From Cirrosporium novae-zelandiae (Eukaryota): DNA of 64,000 bases. The stretch lies in the NCBI GenBank assembly GCA_026023565.1, contig JAPETS010000008.1:186001-250000 (forward strand), in the 5' to 3' direction. The translations under genes were made by a program, and so were the position numbers. Position 1 is the first letter of the stretch; every line of letters starts with the position of its first letter. Below the pieces are notes generated by a model. It ran no database searches and had not been told where the DNA came from. It worked only from the letters and a program-made list of their open reading frames with translations. Positions 1 to 12,128 of the stretch are shown here, one piece after another.

Positions 1-524
1 ACCGAACATATCAATGTAATCATCTAAATTTTAAACAAATTTACCATGATATGAATGAGCTGTCATTGCTATATCAACGTTGCCTTCTATTTTATCCTGT
101 CACCAAAAAAGCGAACCGTCACCACCATGTAGTTAAAAAGATAGAAATCACATGCGTTTTTATTGAGATTGGTATCTATCTCAAAGTTACAACCATCTGC
201 CTAAGGGAGGGTATTCTCCATTTTACAATCCACGCCTGGCCTATCTACCTTGTAATATCCATTTCTACCAATGTTATAAATGAAAGAAAGAAAGTAAGAC
301 ACATCCGAAACAAACCAGCCCCATATGTCCACCTTTTTAGCTTTTGCTATGCATTGCCAAGTCCTATTCCTTTTAAACCCAAATGAGGATACCGCTTATA
401 GTGCGAAGTCGTGAAGGAGGAATATATCCGTTAGAAAAGAAACATGATACACTGGGAACCGTCGATTGCGAATCCGTAGGAAAGAGGTTTGAGGATCGAA
501 AATGTAGCACACGAAATTGGGGCA

Positions 525-2071
525 TCATGACAATAATGATATGGCAAGGCCGAGTAGGAAGAGAGGGACTGTGTATTGGGCGAGAGCCGCTGGTGCAGCA
601 CCCGAGTCCTGTTGTGCTGTGCTAGATGTCGAGTTGGAAGCCGCACTAGAGGTTGAGGAAGCAGAGTCACTGCTATCATCATTTGAAGATTTAGAGGATG
701 TTAACGATGTAGATTCCGTGCTCGAGTTGGAACTGGTTGTGGCGTTGGCATTTGCGCTGTTTGCAAAGCCTATTCGTTGCTTGTCGTAATCAAAGACGGC
801 ATAGACATTCTTGAGAAATACGTCCCCTAATATCCATTGCGAGCTCGAAAAGACCTTTTGAGAGACAATTTTACTGACACACAAGCCATCACTCGTTTCA
901 GAACCAACATAGTCTTTAGAAGAGACGTTGAAAGTGGTTCCGGAGAAGCTGAACTGTACTGGTGCTGTTGAGTTACATGGAACATGCCACTGACTACCAC
1001 TTTTTACTGCATCTGGAAAGTTGGTGAAGAGAGCTGTGGCATCATTAGGAGGAAGAAGGACGTAGGAAGTTCCAGTGTCGATGATGGCAGTCCTGGAATC
1101 GAGGCCGGCACTTGTGCCATCAAATGCTAAATCATCGGCGGCGATTTCCCAATAAGAGCCCTTTGAAACAACACTCGTATAGACCAAATCTCCGGTATAC
1201 TTGGACGAGTCAATAACTCCAAGACTTATCTCACCATCTTTAGTATTGTCGGCTTCACGCTGTAGGTGGACTCCGATTAGTTTAGATTTCAGTAGGCCGG
1301 CTTCGTCGAGTGCTTCCATGAATGTTGTTCCCGATATCGTATCATCTTCCGCACGGCCTATACCGAGAAGACCGTCAATTGGGAAATTGAGAAAGGCATC
1401 AGAAGCACTCGTAGCCCATCCAAATGATAGATCAACCTCCAAACTTCCAGCTTTAACGGTATCATTAGCCACCAGTCCCCCAACTTTACCAGAGCCATAG
1501 GTCATGTTGAAGGTTTCGCTGGTCTTGACAAAGGTTGTTGAATCTGACGATCCAAATGTATTATGTGATTTGCAGGCGCTTGTTGTGCAGCTGGAACCCA
1601 TAATCCAGGTGGTAGCCGATCCAGTATCGAGAAGCATGTACATCTCCTTACCACTTGATCCAAATTTCAAGATTGAGAAGTAGGAGTAGTCGTTTGAATC
1701 CTCACTGATTGCCATACTATCGGTCGCTGTAGGTGTAGCCGCGGAGACGAATGAATAGGTATTATCACGTTTGACTCGGGTGCCTCTCTATGACAATAAA
1801 TCAGTTACTATTCAACTTTGGGGAATTTCCTAAATCCTACTTTTACCGAAGGGCCTTTCCTGATCGTTAAAGTTGGGATATCTCCTTCTCCTTCATCATC
1901 CTCGGAACCCAAATTCAAGTAGGGAAAGAAACGGCGGACATTAGACTGGGTGTCATCCGTAGTAGTGGTATCAGCAGTATCAACAGTGTCCTCATCGAAC
2001 ATGAAAGGGTAAAAACCCCAGACACCCGTTGATAGATATGTTACTGTGAGAATCCATGCTGACCAGAACAT
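525..2071 (-). CDS. Secreted/GPI-anchored A1 aspartic endopeptidase (CtsD/yapsin-like); 2 exons, intron 1788-1840
   Basis: Signal peptide MFWSAWILTVTYLSTGVWG; catalytic LLDTGS and IIDTGT; WILGDVFLKNVY motif; Ser/Thr-rich stalk and hydrophobic C-terminus; GT..AG intron joins ORFs 1808-2077 and 525-1715. Confidence 0.92.
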
Positions 2072-3418
2072 AATCAAAGATAAAAGAATATCCCTGAAGG
2101 GTGCTGAAATGTGTCGAGATGAGATGGGCCAACTTGATAATGCAACGACAAGACTTTGTACTAGAAACTAGAGGTCGGAGTTCGGTTGTTTGTAGGGTGA
2201 TAATTGGTAAAAAACGACGGATATGACAAGGGATATAGGTAGAGTAGTGTGTTGAAGGAGAGTATGAACGTGAATTGGTTTTTTTTCTGTCAAATGTCAA
2301 GGATGGAAGTATTAAAATGACAGCTGAAATGGTTGATGATGAATGAATGATATGCAAGATGGCCGTAAAGATGGGCTCAAATGCAGGAATGAAGGAAGAA
2401 AAGATTGATTAAAAAGACAGTAATGGTTGAATGTTCCACAAGAAGACAGTACTCTACAGATAGAAGGAAAGTACAAAGGCGAATCAACTGGGGAAGTATG
2501 ATGCTGTGGATGAAAGGTAGAGGATGGGTGGAGTCGAGGGAGCCAGGGACGGAGGATATCGGTCGAAGGATATTAGGAGCTATGAATCTCCTTGAAGAAA
2601 CATTAACCAACTAGAACGCTATACATCTCCAGAAACGTCGACAAACTAACTCTAATTGGTCCTTGGAAATCCATCGGGGCATCTCCAGTACGAACTTTCA
2701 CCGCAAAAAAATTCAACCATGCGTTGGTTGCTATGCAGCCAATGCGGCCAATGCAGTTTTCATCAGGCGATCTTGGTGCCATCTTGACTTTTATGCCGGC
2801 CCGTTCTCAAGGAAGGTTGACAGTTTTGGGTTGGGACCTGGGTGAATCTTTCCCATATTTTGCTTAACTCAGGTCCCCAAGGCACTCGAGTATACGCCAG
2901 GCACCATCAGGTTATTGCGCATTGGGATAGCACTGTGCCGAATGTGCCACCGACTGAACCAGCTGATCCTTTAGCATCTCCGGTTGAACATTGTCCAAGC
3001 TCTCTACTTCTCACCATTCAGCATTCATTCATTCATTCACAAATCAGGGGTAAAACAAATCTCAGATTCCCTGCACCGTTTTATAAAACCTTACACACTC
3101 ATATATTATTTCAATTTACTTGATTCTTGAAGATATATTAAAATACTTAATAAACATGTCCATCCTTGTGTGGATCATGGCACTTTGCTAAATCAACTAC
3201 AAAGGCAATCTTAGAAGGCCGTTAGATCGCGATAAGCAACCATCGTACTGTTGACACTTGAAACCGCTGGTTCCTAAAGTCAGAAAAGTTTCTTTCTTCC
3301 TTCCATTTCCAAAGCTCAACGCAAGACAGCAATCAGCTATAACAAGAAACTCCTATCCAGCAGTCTCACTGGACGACTCCCTTTTAAAACTTCAAGGTTG
3401 CTACCAGTACACTAGTCG

Positions 3419-4301
3419 TCAAAATCCTGCAGCTTTCTTGCTACTGAATACATCTTCTAGGAAGCCGTTCCACAATTCCCTCACCAGACCAACCTCTTCT
3501 GTCTGCACCACATTTTCCTTCGCCCGTCGAACCTTGTCTGTTAAATTAAACGGATCAACGTCGATAGCATCGTTGTCTGTGACTTCATAGGTTGCGCTAG
3601 GCACTCCATTTACGTGTGTCCCGTCAGCACTGAGGGTGCGTATCTCGGGTTTTGTGACAGACACTGGGACCTCTGGGGGATGGTGGATGGTAAAACTATC
3701 AGGAAGAAGGGGCATCCGCATGGGGAACGGATTTTCCGAGAACTCGGCTGCTAGGGGAGGCATAAAAGCAAAATCGATTGTAGAACTATCGTTGGGTTTC
3801 TTGAGAGCCCGGCTAGTATTGAAAGTACGATTAGGAGCAGAACTGTTGTTGCGCCCATGATTAGCATTGTCACCTCGACCTAGTAAATGGTCTCGTCGCA
3901 TTGGGCAGGAGTGGCCTACGTTTTAGGGGTAGTGGATTTCCTCCATGCCAAAGCTTGCTCCGAGATACTGTTAAAGCCACGAGAATGAAGCATCTGATCA
4001 TGATTCGACAGTCTTTCAACAAGCTATGGAACCGCATTTTGTTAATGACGTCTCAAAGTTCACTTATAAATCTCCCTACCTCTGATTTCTCTCCGGTGGC
4101 CGCTAGTTTCCTCCTCTTGCATTCCGTTTTAAGATCCTGCACACCTTGGTTCATGTAAGGTGCCCTACGAACACCATCAAGGAAGGGCGAAGGATGTGAC
4201 GAACTGCCGGTCATGTGTAAACTTCGGGTTCGAACATGCGGTTTGCTGGCCGCCGAGAGGCTTTTCATCACTCGAAATGAAGAAGAGCGGAGTGCTGCCA
4301 T
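3419..4301 (-). CDS. SAP-domain protein with mitochondrial-type presequence; 3 exons (introns ~4024-4079, 3843-3919)
   Basis: Arg/Ser-rich, acid-free N-terminus; SAP motif YMNQGVQDLKTECKRRKLAATGEKSE|LVERL; phase-consistent introns. Confidence 0.75.
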
Positions 4302-5873
4302 GGCGTTTGTTATGAGTGGAGATGATATGGGTTTGCTTGACTGCACAGAGAGGAGACGGTTGTTTCTGCCGACGAGAATAGGGCTAATCTTTCAATATAT
4401 TTCAATTGAAATCCAATGTTCGGCCACAGCTCGTTCTGTATATATCTTTGTTGGGCGGGCAACGTGGAGTCAATGGTGTTGAGCTCTGTAACTCGATAGT
4501 TGGAGCCAAAGTAAGAAATGAGGTTGATACGAGTCTGGTACTACAGTCTCAACAACAGGTATCTGACGTCTTAGCGGTTTGACGTACACGCGAGAATGAG
4601 TAGAGAGGCGTGAGAAGAAGGCAAAAATAATCTGAAGAATGAATGGATGAAGGGAACAGCCATTGGGATTATTACTTATTGCTGTGCTACGTATTACACC
4701 CTCATCAACTCTGTACAAGGTAAGCTATCTCGGCCTTAGCTACAATCCAACGCCAATGCAAGACCGCCGATAGTCCGGTAGTGACCGACCAAGCCATTCC
4801 TCAAAATACTCAGACACTACAGTAATCATTCATAAATTGTCTTGAATGTGAATAAGCATTTGGTCCCCCCAGCTTCTCAACATAACTTGGGTTGAGCCAA
4901 TCAGAACTCTTTCTCTCCCAATTCTTAGTTTCTAGCAGCCCCCCCTTAAATAAATCAAATCTTGTTGAGTGTCTATCAATTATATAGTAAATGGACTACT
5001 CTAGAAGAAAAATAGAAGAGGGGCCGATTAAGAAAGGACTGTAGATTTGGTCGCTTGGCGGGGTAAGGGGAGGGGACTAACGGAGGGAGCCGTTGTTTTT
5101 CTTGATCGGTAGAGCGGCGATTTGAAATATATAGTGGGCTGATGATGAATTGGTGATGTGATGCTTTTTCCTTTTTGATGGCCCTCCAACTTTTAAAGAA
5201 TTGCGGGGAAGGTTGAGAGAGAGAGAACGAAAGAGAGTTGGCGGTGAAGAAGGAGAGAGGCTTGAACTTGTCGGAATTAACGGATCATATCGGGTCCGGG
5301 ATTTCCGAGGCTAGGGATAGAAGTACATATGCAGAAATACCACCACCACCACCACTACCTCGTCCCGCATTCTACGTCTACTCGAGTACTGCGCTCGACT
5401 TCCTAGAGAACAAGGGGATGCATGTGAAACCATGTGCACCCCGTTCACAGATGTTCGCATTGCACTGGGCGTGTTAAATCTCTCAGCTGCATGCATCCTT
5501 CAGCTGTAACTTGCGTAAGCTGCTTAATATCGCTAATCCTGGATGACCACGACAATGGAACCCTTTTGCTATTTGCAAGGTCTCTTCAATATACTACTGT
5601 GAAGTATCGGATTTGATCGAATATCAATTTTATCCCAGAGGAGATTTAAGGGGATAATCAATGCAGTAACCCGTTTTAATTTATTTCAATAGCAAATGCA
5701 CTGCAGATCAAACTCAAAGAATGTTTTGTCCTATCATTGTAATTTTGTATCCATATAACAGTAACCCTGCTATTTTAAAATAAAAAACGTCATTAGGATT
5801 CCTAGCCTAATGATAAGCGAGCCGCATACACCGTTTTCCTTAAGGTGCTCATAGCTTAATCATAGATATCTGC

Positions 5874-7369
5874 CTAGATCTGTGCTCTCTCTTGGATCAG
5901 AGTGTAGGCGTTCGGGTAAGACTCTACTCAGACATTAGCACCGGTGCATATGGAACATGTCCTAGGTAGACTTGCCAAGCAAGGATTTATTGATCTGATC
6001 AACGGTCTGGATACCACCAACATCCATTAAGATATCCAAATCCGCCAATAACGACTTCATTACATGCTTGACCCCTGTGTAGCCCGCAATGCTCAGGCCC
6101 CAAACCCAAAGTCTGCCAACAAAGACAAATTTGGCACCTAGAGCTAATGCCTTGACAACATCTGCAGCGCCGCGGACGCCAGAGTCAAACATGATGTAGA
6201 CCTTCTGGCCCACCCCGGCTTGGACGATGTTTTCCAATGCGTCCAAAGATGCTATTGCGCCGTCCACCTGTCTGCCAGCATGGTCTATGGCTATCAGTAG
6301 GTATTCAAAAATAAACCACAGCGGTAGAAGCACGTACTGCTAACAATTATTCCATCACAACCAACCTCAACGGCTTTCTCTGCATCTTGAACACTCTGGA
6401 TCCCCTTGAGAACAAAAGGGCGTCCTCCTGAAATGCGTTTCCACTCTTTGATCAGCCAAGGAATTTTCTCCCAAGTCCAAGCACGTCCATGCCAGACACT
6501 GTCAATCCACATCGCACCAGCTTTCTCTGGCTCCTTCGTGGGATCAATCCCCGCCGCCTCAAGGCGCTTTTTGAATACTGGGTCACTAAGACCCAAGTCC
6601 GCACCAATACCTCGATAAAAAGCATAGTTTCCAGTAGCAACATCGTTGTGACGCCATCCAAGTTGCCAGGTATCTGTAGTCAAGATACAGGCATCAAATC
6701 CACTATCCCAGGCTCGTTTCAAAAGGGACAGTGTTAGCTCATCATCGTGAGGCATGTACAGTTGGAAGAAACGAGGTCCTTGACCATTAGCTTTGGCAAC
6801 GGTCTCAATGGGGATGCTGCCAGCCGTTGAGAGGCAGTATGGAATATTGAGCTCATTAGCAACTTGAGCCACAGGAAGCTCCCCTAGAGGATGGTAAATC
6901 TTGTTGATACCGATCGGTGCAAATCCAATTGGCGCGGAGACTTTATGTCCAAATATTTCAACTTTGGTATCACGAATATTGGTATCCACAAGTTGGAGGG
7001 GGATTATTCGGTGACGGAAGAAAGCTTGTCTGTTGGCAAGGTGGGTGGTAGACATCCCAGCGTTTGAGGACGCATAGTGCCTAAATCACAGCATCAGGAT
7101 ATTTCTGTAGGCTTATGTTCAATAAAGATACTACCATCCATTTTGAGAGAGCTTCTCTCGGGCCAATTCTTTAAGTTTCCCAGGGTCTAATTAATAAATA
7201 GGATTAGTCACCTACACATATAAGGAGAACAATTGAATTGTAGAATAGGTGTACCGGTGTTGAAAAGAGGTTGCTCTCCAGTATTGGGTTTCCAGAAGTT
7301 TTCTCGCTGGTAGAGACCCCATTGAGGAGTAGTACGGTTCTTGATGTTTGGGTTGTTAGGGTCAGACAT
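5874..7369 (-). CDS. FMN-dependent alpha-hydroxy acid oxidase/dehydrogenase (lactate 2-monooxygenase-like); 5 exons, last intron GC-AG (5924-5975)
   Basis: APIGFAPIG, FFQLY, LKGIQS, spliced SNHAGRQVDG, FDSGVRG, VFVGR motifs; starts MSDPNNPN; ends ...IQERAQI*. Confidence 0.92.
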
Positions 7370-7782
7370 GTTAATCGAGAAAATAATGTAATTTTTTTTA
7401 GTTTAATTGAGCTTGTAGATCTTTATCAAGGAGGTCGAGGGTCTGGATATAAACACTTGTCTATCCATGATAACAGAGGGAATTTTGTCCTGGTTATATC
7501 CTCGAGCTTCATGATGTAAATGATAGACCTCTAACGGAGTACTCATGTTCAGGAAATGCAGGACTCGGACATTAATCGTCCACCTTTAACCTTACAAAGT
7601 GGAATTGTGTATCAATGAATGATGAGTAACTTCCGTCGAATGCATCATCTGCTGAAGTAAAGATCAATTTGGAAGCAGGTGTATGTAGAGAAGTCGATGC
7701 AAGAAGGAAGTTTGATATCGCGGGACTGATGGAAATGATGGATATGACGGAATGGGTAAGCCTAAAGTTACGGAAGTTGGAC

Positions 7783-7788
7783 CCGAGG
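7783..7788. promoter_or_regulatory. CCGAGG (=CCTCGG) FarA/FarB-type site in the oxidase/transporter divergent promoter
   Basis: Exact hexamer ~415 bp upstream of the oxidase ATG; a single 6-mer can occur by chance. Confidence 0.3.
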
Positions 7789-8046
7789 GAGTTACTCGGA
7801 CCAAGGAGAGGACCTCCGTGACCCAATTTTAGATTTCATCTCTTTTAGTCTAATTACTTGGTACGCCAAGATATCCCGAAAACGTCGCGGATGTTTGCAT
7901 CTAAGCCGAGCCGCCATACGATCCCTTCAATCTATAGGGACACTTTAACCGCTCAAAGAAACTGTGTACGCAACCTCATTCTAGAAGCCACGACGTCAAT
8001 TTCAAGTCTTCCAGTTCGTTCAACAACATGATTTCTCGCAAACGAA

Positions 8047-9985
8047 ATGTCCAAAGATGATACCTTCAACTCTTCAACCTCTCAGCGAGAAGAAGAAGCT
8101 GTAGCCTTACTTAGCCTCTCCGCTGAAGAGAATCGATCCTCCGAAGAAATAGATGAACCCCGTCCTCAAGAGCTTCCCCCATCTCGATCTAGACTTAGCC
8201 CGGCTCCGCGGCAGTCTTCACTTTCTTACCCTCCTACAAATGGTCAACCTCGAACACCTCGAACTCAAAACAGAGTCCGCTTCGACGTCGAGGATAGCCC
8301 CATCACCGAAACAAGTCCAGAAGATCATTCGTGGTTGGAAGAAGAGGATTATCTGAGTAACGATGACGGCCGGGGGAACAATGCCAACGGCGTAAGGGCA
8401 CCCTTGCTGACGGGCATCGAAGCCCCTAGTGTTACTGTTGCTGAGAGGGAAAACGACTTTTGCCCCGAGGACCATCTCGAAAATGCAAGACCTAGAAGTA
8501 ACATGCAGAGCGCCTTCATGAATATGGCCAACAGCATCATTGGCGCCGGTATCATTGGCCAACCTTATGCCTTTCGCCAGGCTGGACTAGTGATGGGAGT
8601 TATCCTTTTGGTTTCTCTTACCATTACTGTCGATTGGACCATTCGCCTTATTGTGGTCAACTCAAAGCTTAGTGGCGCTGACTCCTTCCAAGCAACCATG
8701 GAATATTGCTTTGGAAAGTCTGGCCTTGTGGCAATTTCCGTTGCGCAGTGGGCATTTGCATTTGGGGGTATGATTGCCTTTTGCATCATTGTGGGCGATA
8801 CCATACCACACGTAATGATTGCCGTGTTCCCAAAACTAATAGACGTTCCTGTTTTGTGGGTACTAACAGACAGGAGAGCGGTAATTATCATCTTCATTCT
8901 CGGAATCTCCTACCCACTGTCTCTATATCGAGATATTGCAAAGGTCTGGCTTTTCTAATTCTCAAGGGAACTTAGCTAACTCAAAGGCAGTTGGCAAAAG
9001 CATCTACATTGGCTTTGATGAGCATGTTAATCATCATAGTGACAGTCATAACCCAGGGTGCTAAAGTTCCATCCGAGTCTAAAGGAGATATCAAAGGGTC
9101 GTTGGTGTTGAACAGCGGCTTCTTTCAGGCTGTAGGGGTGATCTCTTTTGGTAATAATTTTCCCATCGAATATTGAGACTTCAGAAGCTAACCTTTCCAG
9201 CATTCGTTTGCCGTATAACACCCCCGGTTCAATTTAACCGCCCCATATTCTCATGCTAATTAGCTTCCTAGATCATAATAGCCTTCTCATATATGGTTCT
9301 CTGAAAAAACCAACCATGGATCGATTCGCCCAAGTGACGCATTACTCGACAAGTATATCTATGCTAGCTTGTATGGTTATGGCCTTAACCGGATTTTTGA
9401 CATTTGGAGACAAGACTCTTGGTAATGTCTTGAATAACTTTCCTACGGATAATACCATGGTCAATATAGCACGATTGTAAGCTATAATCCCTTTAGTCTT
9501 TCAGAAATTTAAGGAAGAGGCTTCGTATTAACAGTAATATGCAGCTGTTTTGGTCTCAACATGCTGACAACGCTTCCGCTTGAATGCTTTGTTTGTCGGG
9601 AGGTGATGACAAATTACTACTTTAGCGATGAACCATGGAACCCTAACCGACATCTTATCTTTACGACATCCTTAGTAATCACTGCAATGACCATGTCATT
9701 GATTACTTGTGATCTTGGTGCTGTTTTTGAGCTCATTGGTGCTACAAGTGCATGCGCACTAGCGTATATATTGCCACCACTCTGCTATCTGAAGTTAAGT
9801 ACACGAAGTTGGAAAACGGTGCCAGCTGTTATGTGCATCGTTTTTGGCACTACTGTTATGGTAACTAGTCTCATACTCTCAGGGGCAAAGATGCTAAGGC
9901 GTATGTGAACTTCCTTAATCCTTGTCTAACGGAATATGCTAATACTCGAGGTCTAGATGACGGTGAGGGGGCGATTTGCCGATAA
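8047..9985 (+). CDS. AVT2: Vacuolar amino-acid transporter, AAAP family (Avt2/SLC38A11-like); 6 exons including a 12-nt microexon 9201-9212
   Basis: AFMNMANSIIGAGIIGQPYA, spliced AFVCHHNSLLIY, GNVLNNF, multiple TM segments. Confidence 0.88.
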
Positions 9986-12128
9986 GATGAAGAAGCTGAT
10001 TGTCCATGAGGCTGTAACCAGTGTAAGGTGTATATTACAAGGTTCTGTATATGATTGAAAACCCAAATATGATCTAGTTCAAGATGACCTTATCGTATTT
10101 TCCCACGCCCAATCCAATCCATATTCATTTAAATGCATACCCATTATACCCTTAAATCCCCCAACCAGTAGCAACCTAGTACGATAAAAATATTATACAC
10201 GTGATCGATATCCTAGTTGCTTCTTATAATAAATTCGAGGCTATAATGGTACCACGAAGGCCTCCCCATTCGGTATCCCCCATACACCTACCTATCCACC
10301 GAAAACCTCGATATCTTCAATATATATTCAGCCCTAGAAAAACATGAGCATATAATCATTTCTTAGAGAATTTAAAAGACGAACTGCTCTCTTAAGAGAA
10401 AAGTATGTATTTTAGATATTATTGATGACCTCAGCCCGTAAAGATCAGTTGAATTTCCCAAAGTGGCCTAACTCAGCTATTACGGCCTTATTACTTCCAG
10501 AGGTAGCCAATTAACTAATATACACGAAAGCCCTTAATCAATATCCAGAACGAAGCATTATCCTCTATAAGTGGATCGGTTCCTTCGTCAAAGCCTTTGG
10601 AGAGCATTCTCTAAGACATTCCCTCACTCCCTATCCGACCCCCTAGACTTTCTGAGTGGTATCTCAAGATCGTCAAGGAGCCATATCAATAATGTAGAAT
10701 CAGGCCTGATTAAATATATGACTTTAGAGGCTAGCAAGCATCTCACCTGTGTTCCTGTCGACTCTCTACATAACTGGCGTCATGATATCGAAACAAGTTA
10801 CATAGATTTGATGAGTCGAATTGAAACATGGCTGGATGTAAGATTAAGGGTTTATTTGCCGGGCTAATACTACGGGGTTTATGGATGCTGATTTGGGATG
10901 GACTTGTTTAATGTGGCAACCGGAATGGACTACGAAGGACTTTATGGAGTTTTCCCTTCATCAAACGTATATTTTCCTTAGTATTGGCTGATATAGAATG
11001 AGACTAGATATCAGAGAGTAACCAAGTTGAAACTTCACTTTTCTCCCTCTTCCATTACGGCGTCGATGGATTGTCTCGGCGCGTTTGCAGCTATAAATGA
11101 CAGTCAGTTTTCTTTATTCAACTTTCAAACTCCAATTTCTCAACTCAACTCCTTATACCTCAGATTACTTGTTCATATACACCCTTCCTGTCACTGATAT
11201 ATAAAATGTCAATGTTATTGCCATTGTCAGAATAGTAAGGCCTTCAATGACCTTAATTTTCATCCATTATACTTGAACTATAAAGAGGATTGCTTCCATT
11301 CTCACCATTGTATGTACCTAGGTATATAGGGGTGCATGCAACCCTAACATTTCCGCCTGTCCGCCGTTCACTTTCGAAGCTATCCCCGCCACTTCTTATG
11401 ACGACGTCGTCGAGGCTTTATTCTGCCTGGACTAATTCTGTGCTAGAATCCTCTATTCACTATTTTCTTTCCCTCGCTTCGCATAAATATCAGCTCGCTC
11501 CCACGGTCGACGCTTTGTTTTCTTTTTATTCTCGATCTCTACAACAAGAGACCAAAAACCTTCACATCACTACTGCCCACTTCAAGTTATTACACGATCA
11601 TTGTCCTGCCCAATTTTAGGGCCAGCTCTTCTTGGGCTGCAAGGAATCTACCCAGACTTTCTCTCAGTTCAAACATACCTCATCTCCATCCTTCGTTCTC
11701 ATTCGGACCTTCAACATCTCTCGGTAAGATCACCCTATCCAGCACAGTACATCCTTTTAGCAGTTGGGCTAATTTAAGGAGTACAGCTGTATTAGGACCC
11801 AATAAATCATCACCGGCCTTAAAGTTGCAGTATCTTAGCAACTCTTGTTTCGTGGTAAGTTAGGCATCCTTCAAGCTGAACAGGGGAAAGATTCCACATT
11901 CACATTCTCAAAATCTCCGAGACTTGCCTTTTCATAATTACCTCACGGTCTTTCATCTAAAAGGCATCCTTTTCAATTTATTCCGCTCATCATTCAGTAG
12001 CACATAGCCTTGGTGCTTACCCTACCCCTCCTGATTTGGCGAGGTTTGTCCATTCATGTGTTCTTCAATGTTAGGTCTGGGATGTTCTTACTAACACTTT
12101 CTTGTGACTTCTAGAACTCCCTAGCAAG

